Assembly (NCBI GenBank): GCA_964016885.1
Contig: OZ024743.1
Location: 142,538,001-142,602,000 of the forward strand
Direction of reading: 5' to 3'
DNA from: Eledone cirrhosa
Lineage: Eukaryota
Length of the DNA: 64,000 nucleotides
How positions within the stretch are numbered: position 1 is the stretch's first letter; every line of letters starts with the position of its first letter. Both the position numbers and the translations under genes were made by a program. Shown here in pieces: positions 29,901-45,110 of this stretch. The notes below the pieces were generated by a model that was given only the letters and a program-made list of their open reading frames with translations, searched no databases and had not been told where the DNA came from.

Positions 29901-32900
29901 CAAGCACCAAGCACCAAACACCAAGCACCAAGCGCCAAGCACCAAACACCAAGCACCAAACACTAAGCACCAAACACCAAGCCCCAAGCACCAAGTACCA
30001 AACACCAAACACCAAGCACCAAACACCAAACACCAAGCACCAAGCACCAAGCACGAAACACCAGGCACCAAGCACCAAGCACCAAACTCCAAACACCAAG
30101 CACCAAACACCAGCCACCAAGCACCAAGCACCAAACACCAAACACCAAGCACTAAGCACCAAACACCAAACAACAAGCACCAGGCACCAAGCACCGAACA
30201 CCAAACACCAAGCACGCAGCACCAAACACCAAGCACCAAGCACCAAGCACCAAACACCAAGCACCAAGCACCAAGCACCAAACACCAAACACCAAACACC
30301 AAGCACCAAGAACCAAACACCAAACACCAAACAGCAAGCACTAAGCACCAAACACCAAGCCCCAAACACCAAACCCCAAGCACCAATCACCAAACACTAC
30401 TCACCAAGCACCAAGCACCAAACACCAAGCACCAAGCAGCAAGCATCAAACACCAAGCACCAAGCACCAAGCACCAAGCACCAAACACCAAGCACCAAAC
30501 ACCAAGCACCAAGCACCAAACACCAAAACCCAAGCACCAAAGACCAAGCACGAAGCACCAAGGACCAAACACCAAGCACCAAGCACCAAGCACCAAACAC
30601 CAAACACCAAGCACCAAACACCAAACACCAAACAGCAAACACCAAACAGCAAACACCAAACACCAAACAGCAAACAGCAAACGCCAAACACCAAGCACCA
30701 AGCACCAAGCACCAAACACCAAGCACCAAGCACCAAGCACACAACACCAGACACCAAGCACCAAGGACCAAACATCAAACACCAAGCACCAAGCACCAAA
30801 CACCAAACACCAAGCACCAAGCACCAAGCACCAAGCACCGAACACCAAGTACCAAACACCAAGCACCAAACACCAAGCACCAAACACCAAACACCAAGCA
30901 CCAGGCACCAAGCACCAAACACCAAGCACCAAACACCAAGCACCAAACACCAAGTCCCACGCACCAAGCACCAAACACCAAACACCAAGCACCAAACACC
31001 AAGCACCAAGCACCAAGTCCCTAGCACCAAACACCAAGCAGCAAGCAGCAAGCACCAAACACCAAACACCAAGCACCAAGCTCCAAATACCAAACACCAA
31101 GCACCAAGGACCAAACATCAAACACCAAGCACCAAGCACCAAACGCCTAACACCAAGAACCAAGCACCAAGCACCAAGCACCAAACACAAAGCACCAATC
31201 ACCAAACACCAAACACCAAACACCAAACACCAAGCACCAAGCACCAAACACCAAGCACCAAACTCCAAACACAAAACACCAAGCACCAAGCAGCAAGCAC
31301 CAAACACCAAACACCAAGCACCAAGCACCACACACCAATCACCAAGCACCAAACACCTAACACCAAGCACCAAGCACCAAGCACCAAGCACCAAACACCA
31401 AGCACCAAACACAAAGCACCAAGCACCAAACACCAAGCACCAAGCACCAAACACCAAGCACCAAGCGCCAAGCACCAAACACCAAGCACCAAACACTAAG
31501 CACCAAACACCAAGCCCCAAGCACCAAGCACCAAACACCAAACACCAAGCACCAAGCACCAAACACCAAGCACAAAACACCAAGCACCAAGCACCAAACA
31601 CTAATCACCAAGCACCAAGCACCAAGCACCAAACACCAAACACCAAGCATCAAAGACCAAGCACCAAGCACCAAGCACCAAGCACCAAACAATAAGCACC
31701 AATCACCAAGCACCAAACACCAAACACCAACCACCCAGCACCAAGCACCAAGCACCAAACACCAAGCACCAAACACCATACACCAAACACCAAGCACCAA
31801 GCACCAAGCACCAAACAGCAAGCACCAAGCACCAAACACCAAGCATCAAGCACCAAGCCCCTAGCACCAAACACCAAGCACCAAGCATAAAACACCAAGC
31901 ACCAATCACCAAGCACCAAACACCAAGCAGCAAACAGCAAGCACCAAACACCAAACACCAAGCACCAAGCACCAAACACCAAACAACAAGCACCAAGGAC
32001 CAAACATCAAACACCAAGCACCAAACACCTAACACCAAGCACCAAGCACCAAGCACCAAACACCAAACAACAAGCCCCAGGCACCAAGCACCAAACACCA
32101 AACACCAAGCACGCAGCACCAAACACCAAGCACCAAGCACCAAGCACCAAACACCAGTCACCAAGCACCAAGCACCAAACACCAAACACCAAGCACCAAG
32201 AACCAAACACCAAACACCAAACAGCAAGCACCAACCACCAAACACCAAGCACCAAACACCAAACCCCAAGCACCAATCACCAAACACTAATCACCAAGCA
32301 CCAAGCACCAAACACCAAGCACCAAGCACCAAGCACCAAACACCAAACACCAAGCACCAAGAACCAAATACCAAACACCAAACAGCAAGCACCAAGCACC
32401 AAGCACCAGGCACCAAACACCAAGCACCAAGCACCAAGCACCAAGCACCAAACACCAAGCACCAAGCACCAAACACCCAGCACCAAACACCAAACAGCAA
32501 GCACCACGCACCAAACACCAAGCCCCCAAACACCAAACCCCAAGCACCAATCACCAAACACTAATCACCAAGCACCAAGCACTAAACACCAAGCGCCAAG
32601 CAGCAAGCACCAAACACCAAGCACCAAGCACCAAGCACCAAACACCAAGCACCAAGCACCAAACACCAAAACCCAAGCACCAAAGACCAAGCACCAAGCA
32701 CCAAGGACCAAACACCAAGCACCAAGCACCAAGCACCAAACACCAAGCACCAAGCACCAAACACCCAGCACCAAGCACCAAGCACCAAACACCAAGCACC
32801 AAACACCAAACACCAAGCTCCAAGCACCAAACAGCAAGCACCAAACACCAAACACCAAACAGCAAACACCAAACAGCAAACACCAAACACCAAACATAAA

Positions 32901-34050
32901 ACAGCAAGCACCAAACACCAAGCACCAAGCAGCAAGCACCAAACACCAAGCACCAAGCACCAAGCACCAAGCACCAAACACCAAGCACCAAACACCAAGC
33001 ACCAAGCACCAAACACCAAAACCCAAGCACCAAAGACCAAGCACGAAGCACCAAGGACCAAACACCAAGCACCAAGCACCAAGCACCAAACACCAAGCAC
33101 CAAGCACCAAACACCAAACACCAAACAGCAAACACCAAACAGCAAACACCAAACACCAAACAGCAAACAGCAAACGCCAAACACCAAGCACCAAGCACCA
33201 AGCAGCAAAAACCAAGCACCAAGCACCAAGCACACAACACCAGACACCAAGCACCAAGGACCAAACATCAAACACCAAGCACCAAGCACCAAACACCAAA
33301 CACCAAGCACCAAGCACCAAGCACCAAGCACCGAACACCAAGTACCAAACACCAAGCACCAAACACCAAGCACCAAACACCAAACACCAAGCACCAGGCA
33401 CCAAGCACCAAACACCAAGCACCAAACACCAAGCACAAAACACCAAGTCCCACGCACCAAGCACCAAACACCAAACACCAAGCACCAAACACCAAGCACC
33501 AAGCACCAAGTCCCTAGCACCAAACACCAAGCAGCAAGCAGCAAGCACCAAACACCAAACACCAAGCACCAAGCTCCAAATACCAAACACCAAGCACCAA
33601 GGACCAAACATCAAACACCAAGCACCAAGCACCAAACGCCTAACACCAAGAACCAAGCACCAAGCACCAAGCACCAAACACAAAGCACCAATCACCAAAC
33701 ACCAAACACCAAACACCAAACACGAAGCACCAAGCACCAAACACCAAGCACCAAACTCCAAACACAAAACACCAAGCACCAAGCAGCAAGCACCAAACAC
33801 CAAACACCAAGCACCAAGCACCACACACCAAACACCAAGCACCAAGAACCTAACATCAAACACCAATCACCAAGCACCAAACACCTAACACCAAGCACCA
33901 AGCACCAAGCACCAAGCACCAAACACCAAGCACCAAACACAAAGCACCAAGCAGCAAACACCAAGCACCAAGCACCAAACACCAAGCACCAAGCGCCAAG
34001 CACCAAACACCAAGCACCAAACACTAAGCACCAAACACCAAGCCCCAAGC
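25965..34050. repeat. Tandem duplication of a ~4026-bp block (junction ~29990)
   Basis: ORF pairs at offset 4026: 26361/30387, 27331/31357, 28251/32277, 29242/33268. AAGTACC at ~25967/29993. Confidence 0.93.
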
Positions 34051-35430
34051 ACCAAGCACCAAACACCAAACACCAAGCACCAAGCACCAAACACCAAGCA
34101 CAAAACACCAAGCACCAAGCACCAAACACTAATCACCAAGCACCAAGCACCAAGCACCAAACACCAAACACCAAGCATCAAAGACCAAGCACCAAGCACC
34201 AAGCACCAAGCACCAAACAATAAGCACCAATCACCAAGCACCAAACACCAAACACCAACCACCCAGCACCAAGCACCAAGCACCAAACACCAAGCACCAA
34301 ACACCATACACCAAACACCAAGCACCAAGCACCAAGCACCAAACAGCAAGCACCAAGCACCAAACACCAAGCATCAAGCACCAAGCCCCTAGCACCAAAC
34401 ACCAAGCACCAAGCATAAAACACCAAGCACCAATCACCAAGCACCAAACACCAAGCAGCAAACAGCAAGCACCAAACACCAAACACCAAGCACCAAGCAC
34501 CAAACACCAAACAACAAGCACCAAGGACCAAACATCAAACACCAAGCACCAAACACCTAACACCAAGCACCAAGCACCAAGCACCAAACACCAAACAACA
34601 AGCCCCAGGCACCAAGCACCAAACACCAAACACCAAGCACGCAGCACCAAACACCAAGCACCAAGCACCAAGCACCAAACACCAATCACCAAGCACCAAG
34701 CACCAAACACCAAACACCAAGCACCAAGAACCAAACACCAAACACCAAACAGCAAGCACCAACCACCAAACACCAAGCACCAAACACCAAACCCCAAGCA
34801 CCAATCACCAAACACTAATCACCAAGCACCAAGCACCAAACACCAAGCACCAAGCACCAAGCACCAAACACCAAACACCAAGCACCAAGAACCAAATACC
34901 AAACACCAAACAGCAAGCACCAAGCACCAAGCACCAGGCACCAAACACCAAGCACCAAGCACCAAGCACCAAGCACCAAACACCAAGCACCAAGCACCAA
35001 ACACCCAGCACCAAACACCAAACAGCAAGCACCACGCACCAAACACCAAGCCCCCAAACACCAAACCCCAAGCACCAATCACCAAACACTAATCACCAAG
35101 CACCAAGCACTAAACACCAAGCGCCAAGCAGCAAGCACCAAACACCAAGCACCAAGCACCAAGCACCAAACACCAAGCACCAAGCACCAAACACCAAAAC
35201 CCAAGCACCAAAGACCAAGCACCAAGCACCAAGGACCAAACACCAAGCACCAAGCACCAAGCACCAAACACCAAGCACCAAGCACCAAACACCCAGCACC
35301 AAGCACCAAGCACCAAACACCAAGCACCAAACACCAAACACCAAGCTCCAAGCACCAAACAGCAAGCACCAAACACCAAACACCAAACAGCAAACACCAA
35401 ACAGCAAACACCAAACACCAAACATAAAAC
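26400..35430. repeat. ~2.5 kb higher-order repeat: copies at ~26.4-28.9, 28.9-30.0 (truncated), 30.4-32.9 and 32.9-35.4 kb
   Basis: ORF pairs 26749/29242 and 30775/33268 (2493); 31650/34178 and 32277/34805 (2528). Private marker AACATAAAACAGC at ~28867, ~32893 and ~35421. Confidence 0.88.
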
Positions 35431-37954
35431 AGCAAACACCAAACACCAAGAGCCAAGCACCGAACACCAACACCAAACACCAAGCACCAAACACCAAGCA
35501 CCAAACACCAAACACCAAGCACCAGGCACCAAGCACCAAACACCTAGCACCAAACACCAAGCACCAAACACCAAGTCCCACGCACCAAGCACCAAACACC
35601 AAACACCAAGCACCAAGCACCAAACACGAAACACCAAGCACCAAGCCCCTAGCACCAAACACCAAGCAGCAAGCAGCAAGCACCAAACACCAAACACCAA
35701 GCACCAAGAACCAAACACCAAACACCAAGCACCAAGCACAAAATACCAAACACCAAGCACCATGGACCAAACATCAAACACCAAGCACCAAGCACCAAAC
35801 GCCTAACACCAAGCACCAAGCACCAAGCACCAAGCACCAAACACCAAGCACCAATCACCAAACACCAAACACCAAGCACCGAACACCAAGCACCAGGCAC
35901 CAAACACCAAACACCAAGCACCAAGCACCATACACAAAACACCAAGACCGAAGCACCAAACACCAAGCACCAAACTCCAAACACAAAACACCAAGCACCA
36001 AGCAGCAAGCACCAAACACCAAACACCAAGCACCAAGCACCAAACACCAAACACCAAGCACCAAGAACCTAACATCAAACACCAATCACCAAGCACCAAA
36101 CACCTAACACCAAGCACCAAGCACCAAGCACCAAACACCAAGCACCAAACACAAAGCACCAAGCACCAAACACCAAGCACCAAGCACCAAACACCAAGCA
36201 CCAAGCACCAAACACCAAATCCCAAGCACCAAACACCAAACCCCAAGCACCAAGCACCAAACACTAATCACCAAGCACCAAGCACCAAACACCAAGCAGC
36301 AAGCACCAAGCACCAAACACCAAGCACCAAGCACCAAGCACCAGACACCAAACACCAAACACCAAGCACCAAGAACCAAACACCAAACACCAAACATCAA
36401 GCACCAAGCACCAAACACCAAGCACCAAACAGCAAATCCCAAGCACCAATCACCAAACACTAATCACCAAGCACCAAGCACCAAACACCAAGCACCAAGC
36501 AGCAATCACCAAACACCAACACCAAGCACCAAGAAACAAGCACCAAACACCAAGCACCAAGCACCAAACACCGAAACCCAAGCACCAAAGACCAAGCACC
36601 AAGCACCAAGGACCAAACACCAAGCACAAAGCACCAAGCACCAAACACCAAGCACCAAGCACCAAACACCCAGCACCAAGCACCAAGCACCAAACACCAA
36701 GCACCAAGCACAAAACACCAAACACCAAACACCAAGCACCAACCACCAAACAGCAAGCACCAAACACCAAACAGCAAACAGCAAACGCCAAACACCAAAC
36801 ACCAAGCACCAAGCACCAAACACCAAGCACCAAGCACCAAACACCAAGCACCAAGCACCAAGCACCAAACCCCAAGCACCAAACACCAAACCGCAAGCAC
36901 CAAGCACCAAACACTAATCACCAAGCACCAAGGACCAAACAACAAGCACCAAGCACCAAGCATCAGGCACCAAGCACCAATCACCAAACACAAAACACCA
37001 AGCACCAAGCACCAAGCAGCAAACACCAAGCATCAAACACCAAACACCAAACACCAAGCACCAAACACCAAGCACCAAGCACCAAACACCAAACACCAAG
37101 CACCAAACACCAAACATCAAGCACCAAACTCCAAACACCAAGCACCAAACACCAGCCACCAAGCACCAAGCACCAAGCACCAAACACCAAACACCAAGCA
37201 CCAAGCGCCAAACACCAAACAACAAGCACCAGGCACCGAGCTCCAAACACCAAACACCAAGCACCAAGCACCAAACACCAAACACCAAGCACGCAGCATC
37301 AAACACCAAGCACCAAGCACCAAGCCCCAAGCACCAAGCACCAAGTACCAAACACCAAACACCAAGCACCAATCACCAAACACCAAGCACCAAGCACCAA
37401 GCACGAAACACCAGGCACCAAGCACCAAGCACCAAACTCCAAACACCAAGCACCAAACACCAGCCACCAAGCACCAAGCACCAAACACCAAACACCAAGC
37501 ACTAAGCACCAAACACCAAACAACAAGCACCAGGCACCAAGCACCAAACACCAAACACCAAGCACGCAGCACCAAACACCAAGCACCAAGCACCAAGCAC
37601 CAAACACCAAGCACCAAACACCAAGCACCAAGAACCAAACACCAAACACCAAACAGCAAGCACTAAGCACCAAACACCAAGCCCCAAACACCAAACCCCA
37701 AGCACCAATCACCAAACACTAATCACCAAGCACCAAGCACCAAACACCAAGCACCAAGCAGCAAGCACCAAACACCAAGCACCAAGCACCAAGCACCAAG
37801 CACCAAACACCAAGCACCAAGCACCAAACACCAAAACGCAAGCACCAAAGACCATGCACCAAGCACCAAGGACCAAACACCAAGCACCCATCACCAAGCA
37901 CCAAACACCTAACACCAAGCACCAAGCACCAAGCACCAAGCACCAAGCACCAAA

Positions 37955-40900
37955 CACCAAGCACCAAGCACCAAACACCAAACACCAAGCACCAAGAACC
38001 TAACATCAAACACCAATCACCAAGCACCAAACACCTAACACCAAGCACCAAGCACCAAGCACCAAGCACCAAACACCAAGCACCAAACACAAAGCACCAA
38101 GCACCAAACACGAAGCACCAAGCACCAAACACCTAACACCAAGCACCAAGCACCAAGCACCAAGCACCAAACACCAAACACCAAGCACCAAGCACCAAAC
38201 ACCAAACACCAAGCACCAAGAACCTAACATCAAACACCAATCACCAAGCACCAAACACCTAACACCAAGCACCAAGCACTAAGCACCAAGCACCAAACAC
38301 CAAGCACCAAACACAAAGCACCAAACACTAATCACCAAGCACCAAGCACCAAACACCAAGCACGTAGCACCAAACACCAAGCACCAAGCACCAAGCACCA
38401 AACACCAAGCACCAAGCACCAAACACCAGACACCAAACACCAAACACCAAGCACCAAGAACCAAACACCAAACACCAAACATCAAGCACCAAGCACCAAA
38501 CACCAAGCACCAAACAGCAAATCCCAAGCACCAATCACCAAACACTAATCACCAAGCACCAAGCACCAAACACCAAGCACCAAGCAGCAATCACCAAACA
38601 CCAAGCACCAAGCACCAAGAACCAAGCACCAAACACCAAGCACCAAGCACCAAACACCAAAACCCAAGCACCAAAGACCAAGCACCAAGCACCAAGGACC
38701 AAACACCAAGCACCAAGCACCAAGCACCAAACACCAAGCACCAAGCACCAAACACCCAGCACCAAGCACCAAGCACCAAACACCAAGCACCAAGCACAAA
38801 ACACCAAACACCAAACACCAAGCACCAAGCACCAAACAGCAAGCACCAAACACCAAACAGCAAACAGCAAACGCCAAACACCAAACACCAAGCACCAAGC
38901 ACCAAACACCAAGCACCAAGCACCAAACACCAAGCACCAAGCACCAAGCACCAAACCCCAAGCACCAAACACCAAACCGCAAGCACCAAGCACCAAACAC
39001 CAAACAGCAAGCACCAAGCACCAAGCACCAGGCACCAAGCACCAATCACCAAACACAAAACACCAAGCACCAAGCACCAAGCAGCAAACACCAAGCATCA
39101 AACACCAAACACCAAACACCAAGCACCAAACACCAAGCACCAAGCACCAAACACCAAACACCAAGCACCAAACACCAAACATCAAGCACCAAAAACCAGA
39201 TACCAAGCACCAAGCACCAAGCACCAAACACCAAACACCAAGCACCAAGCGCCAAACACCAAAAAACAAGCACCAGGCACCGAGCTCCAAACACCAAACA
39301 CCAAGCACCAAGCACCAAACACCAAACACCAAGCACGCAGCATCAAACACCAATCACCAAGCAGCAAGCACCAAGCACCAAGTACCAAACACCAAACACC
39401 AAGCACCAATCACCAAACACCAAGCACCAAGCACCAAGCACGAAACACCAGGCACCAAGCACCAAGCACCAAACTCCAAACACCAAGCACCAAGCACCAA
39501 ACACCAAACACCAAGCACCAAGAACCTAACATCAAACACGAATCACCAAGCACCAAACACCTAACACCAAGCACCAAGCACCAAGCACCAAGCACCAAAC
39601 ACCAAGCACCAAACACAAAGCACCAAGCACCAAACACCAAGCACCAAGCACCAAACACCTAACACCAAGCACCAAGCACCAAGCACCAAGCACCAAACAC
39701 CAAACACCAAGCACCAAGCACCAAACACCAAACACCAAGCACCAAGAACCTAACATCAAACACCAATCACCAAGCACCAAACACCTAACACCAAGCACCA
39801 AGCACCAAGCACCAAGCACCAAACACCAAGCACCAAACACAAAGCACCAAACACTAATCACCAAGCACCAAGCACCAAACACCAAGCACGCAGCACCAAA
39901 CACCAAGCACCAAGCACCAAGCACCAAACACCAAGCACCAAGCACAAAGCACCAGACACCAAACACCAAACACCAAGCACCAAGAACCAAACACCAAACA
40001 CCAAACAGCAAGCACCAAGCACCAAACACCAAGCACCAAACAGCAAACCCCAAGCACCAATCACCAAACACTAATCACCAAGCACCAAGCACCAAACACC
40101 AAGCACCAAGCAGCAATCACCAAACACCAAGCACCAAGCACCAAGAACCAAGCACCAAACACCAAGCACCAAGCACCAAACACCAAAACCCAAGCACCAA
40201 AGACCAAGCACCAAGCACCAAGGACCAAACACCAAGCACCAAGCACCAAGCACCAAACACCAAGCACCAAGCACCAAACACCCAGCACCAAGCACCAAGC
40301 ACCAAACACCAAGCACCAAGCACAAAACACCAAACACCAAACACCAAGCACCAAGCACCAAACAGCAAGCACCAAACACCAAACAGCAAACAGCAAACGC
40401 CAAACACCAAACACCAAGCACCAAGCACCAAACACCAAGCACCAAGCACCAAACACCAAGCACCAAGCACCAAGCACCAAACCCCAAGCACCAAACACCA
40501 AACCGCAAGCACCAAGCACCAAACACCAAACAGCAAGCACCAAGCACCAAGCACCAGGCACCAAGCACCAATCACCAAACACAAAACACCAAGCACCAAG
40601 CACCAAGCAGCAAACACCAAGCATCAAACACCAAACACCAAACACCAAGCACCAAACACCAAGCACCAAGCACCAAACACCAAACACCAAGCACCAAACA
40701 CCAAACATCAAGCACCAAACACCAGATACCAAGCACCAAGCACCAAGCACCAAACACCAAACACCAAGCACCAAGCGCCAAACACCAAAAAACAAGCACC
40801 AGGCACCGAGCTCCAAACACCAAACACCAAGCACCAAGCACCAAACACCAAACACCAAGCACGCAGCATCAAACACCAATCACCAAGCAGCAAGCACCAA

Positions 40901-41010
40901 GCACCAAGTACCAAACACCAAACACCAAGCACCAATCACCAAACACCAAGCACCAAGCACCAAGCACGAAACACCAGGCACCAAGCACCAAGCACCAAAC
41001 TCCAAACACC
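37955..41010. repeat. Tandem duplication, 1526-bp unit (218 units), junction ~39480
   Basis: ORF pairs 38535/40061, 39046/40572, 39182/40708. Private marker AAAAAACAAG at 39261/40787. AGAACCTAAC at 37995/39521. Confidence 0.9.
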
Positions 41011-42510
41011 AAGCACCAAACACCAGCCACCAAGCACAAAGCACCAAACACCAAACACCAAGCACTAAGCACCAAAGACCAAACAACAAGCACCAGGCAC
41101 CAAGCACCAAACACCAAACACCAAGCACGCAGCACCAAACACCAAGCACCAAGCACCAAGCACCAAACACCAAGCACCAAACACCAAGCACCAAGAACCA
41201 AACACCAAACACCAAACAGCAAGCACTAAGCACCAAACACCAAGCCCCAAACACCAAACCCCAAGCACCAATCACCGAACACTAATCACCAAGCACCAAG
41301 CACCAAACACCAAGCACCAAGCACCAAGCACCAAGCACCAAACACCAAGCACCAAGCACCAAACACCAAAACCCAAGCACCAAAGACCATGCACCAAGCA
41401 CAAAGGACCAAACACCAAGCACCCATCACCAAGCACCAAACACCTAACACCAAGCACCAAGCACCAAGCACTAAGCACCAAACACCAAACACCAAGCACC
41501 AAGCACCAAACACCAAACACCAAGCACCAAGAACCTAACATCAAACACCAATCACCAAGCACCAAACACCTAACACCAAGCACCAAGCACCAAGCACCAA
41601 GCACCAAACACCAAGCACCAAACACAAAGCACCAAGCACCAAACACCAAGCACCAAGCACCAAACACCTAACACCAAGCACCAAGCACCAAGCACCAAGC
41701 ACCAAACACCAAACACCAAGCACCAAGCACCAAACACCAAACACCAAGCACCAAGAACCTAACATCAAACACCAATCACCAAGCACCAAACACCTAACAC
41801 CAAGCACCAAGCACCAAGCACCAAGCACCAAACACCAAGCACCAAACACAAAGCACCAAACACTAATCACCAAGCACCAAGCACCAAACACCAAGCACGC
41901 AGCACCAAACACCAAGCACCAAGCACCAAGCACCAAACACCAAGCACCAAGCACAAAGCACCAGACACCAAACACCAAACACCAAGCACCAAGAACCAAA
42001 CACCAAACACCAAGCAGCAAGCACCAAGCACCAAACACCAAGCACCAAACAGCAAACCCCAAGCACCAATCACCAAACACTGATCACCAAGCACCAAGCA
42101 CCAAACACCAAGCACCAAGCAGCAATCACCAAACACCAAGCACCAAGCACCAAGAACCAAGCACCAAACACCAAGCACCAAGCACCAAACACCAAAACCC
42201 AAGCACCAAAGACCAAGCACCAAGCACCAAGGACCAAACACCAAGCACCAAGCACCAAGCACCAAACACCAAGCACCAAGCACCAAACACCCAGCACCAA
42301 GCACCAAGCACCAAACACCAAGCACCAAGCACAAAACACCAAACACCAAACACCAAGCACCAAGCACCAAACAGCAAGCACCAATCAGCAAACAGCAAAC
42401 AGCAAACACCAAACACCAAACACCAAGCACCAAACACCAAGCACCAAGCACCAAACACCAAGCACCAAGCACCAAGCACCAAAACCCAAGCACCAAACAC
42501 CAAACCGCAA
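39500..42510. repeat. Direct duplication at offset 2009 bp (287 units): ~39500-40500 and ~41510-42510
   Basis: ORF pairs 39532/41541 and 39854/41863. Private marker AGCACAAAGCACCAGAC at 39941/41950. Confidence 0.82.
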
Positions 42511-42519
42511 GCACCAAGC

Positions 42520-45110
42520 ACCAAACAACAAGCACCAAGCACCAAGCACCAGGCACCAAGCACCAATCACCAAACACAAAACACCAAGCACCAAACACCA
42601 AACATCAAGCACCAAACACCAGATACCAAGCACCAAGCACCAAGCACCAAACACCAAACACCAAGCACCAAGCGCCAAACACCAAACAACAAGCACCAGG
42701 CACCGAGCTCCAAACGCCAAACACCAAGCACCAAGCACCAAACACCAAACACCAAGCAGGCAGCATCAAATACCAAGCACCAAACACCAAGCACCAAGCA
42801 CCAAGCACCAAGTACCAAACACCAAACACCAAGCACCAAACACCAAACACCAAGCCCCAAGCACCAAGCACGAAACACCAGGCACCAAGCACCAAGCACC
42901 AAACTCCAAACACCAAGCACCAAACACCAGCCACCAAGCACCAAGCACCAAACACCAAACACCAAGCACTAAGCACCAAACACCAAACAACAAGCACCAG
43001 GCACCAAGCACCGAACACCAAACACCAAGCACGCAGCACCAAACACCAAGCACCAAGCACCAAGCACCAAGCACCAAGCACCAAACACCAAGCAGCAAGC
43101 ACCAAGCACCAAACACCAAACACCAAACACCAAGCACCAAGAACCAAACACCAAACACCAAACAGCAAGCACTAAGCACCAAACACCAAGCCCCAAACAC
43201 CAAACCCCAAGCACCAATCACCAAACACTACTCACCAAGCACCAAGCACCAAACACCAAGCACCAAGCACCAAGCACCAAGCACCAAACACCAAGCACCA
43301 AGCACCAAACACCAAAACCTAAGCACCAAAGACCATGCACCAAGCACCAAGGACCAAACACCAAGCACCAATCACCAAGCACCAAACACCAAGCACCAAG
43401 CACCAAACACCCAGCACCAAGCACCACGCACCAAACACCAAGCACCAAACACCATACACCAAGCACCAAGCACCAAACAGCAAGCACCAAACACCAAACA
43501 CCAAACAGCAAACACCAAACAGCAAACACCAAACACCAAACAGCAAACAGGAAACGCCAAACACCAAGCACCAAGCACCAAGCACCAAACACCAACCACC
43601 AAGCACCAAGCACACAACACCAAACACCAAGCACCAAGGACCAAACATCAAACACCAAGCACCAAGCACCAAACACCAAACACCAAGCACCAAGCACCAA
43701 GCACCAAGCACCGAACACCAAGTACCAAACACCAAACACCAAACACCAAGCATCAAACACCAAACACCAAGCACCAGGCACCAAGCACCAAACACCAAGC
43801 ACCAAACACCAAGCACCAAGCACCAAACACTAATCACCAAGCACCAAGCACCAAACAACAAGCACCAAGCACCAAGCACCAGGCACCAAGCACCAATCAC
43901 CAAACACAAAACACCAAGCACCAAACACCAAACATCAAGCACCAAACACCAGATACCAAGCACCAAGCACCAAGCACCAAACACCAAACACCAAGGACCA
44001 AGCGCCAAACACCAAACAACAAGCACCAGGCACCGAGCTCCAAACGCCAAACACCAAGCACCAAGCACCAAACACCAAACACCAAGCAGGCAGCATCAAA
44101 TACCAAGCACCAAACACCAAGCACCAAGCACCAAGCACCAAGCACCAAGCACGAAACACCAGGCACCAAACACCAAGCACCAAACACCAGCCACCAAGCA
44201 CCAAGCACCAAACACCAAACACCAAGCACTAAGCACCAAACACCAAACAACAAGCACCAGGCACCAAGCACCGAACACCAAACACCAAGCACGCAGCACC
44301 AAACACCAAGCACCAAGCACCAAGCACCAAACACCAAGCACCAAGCACCAAGCACCAAACACCAAACACCAAACACCAAGCACCAAGAACCAAACACCAA
44401 ACACCAAACAGCAAGCACTAAGCACCAAACACCAAGCCCCAAACACCAAACCCCAAGCACCAATCACCAAACACTACTCACCAAGCACCAAGCACCAAAC
44501 ACCAAGCACCAAGCACCAAGCACCAAACACCAAGCACCAAGCACCAAGCACCAAGCACCAAACACCAAGCACCAAGCACCAAACACCAAAACCTAAGCAC
44601 CAAAGACCATGCACCAAGCACCAAGGACCAAACACCAAGCACCAATCACCAAGCACCAAACACCAAGCACCAAGCACCAAACACCCAGCACCAAGCACCA
44701 CGCACCAAACACCAAGCACCAAACACCATACACCAAGCACCAAGCACCAAACAGCAAGCACCAAACACCAAACACCAAACAGCAAACACCAAACAGCAAA
44801 CACCAAACACCAAACAGCAAACAGGAAACGCCAAACACCAAGCACCAAGCACCAAGCACCAAACACCAACCACCAAGCACCAAGCAAACAACACCAAACA
44901 CCAAGCACCAAGGACCAAACATCAAACACCAAGCACCAAGCACCAAACACCAAACACCAAGCACCAAGCACCAAGCACCAAGCACCGAACACCAAGTACC
45001 AAACACCAAACACCAAACACCAAGCATCAAACACCAAACACCAAGCACCAGGCACCAAGCACCAAACACCAAGCACCAAACACCAAGCACCAAGCACCAA
45101 ACACTAATCA
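42520..45110. repeat. Tandem duplication of a ~1.3 kb block (offsets 1260-1330)
   Basis: ORF pairs 43335/44609 and 43372/44646 (1274). Shared markers AAAACCTAAG (~43314/~44588) and AACAGGAAACGCC (~43546/~44820). Confidence 0.88.

Noticed and set aside
43335-45107. 590-aa + strand ORF (and similar ones at 45743, 52342, 56232, 57170) as a mucin-like or RNA polymerase II CTD-like heptad protein
   Set aside because: The repeat is not YSPTSPS. The periodicity is at the DNA level (7 bp) with no synonymous-site pattern, signal peptide or flanking gene structure. The T-poor strand rarely forms stop codons.
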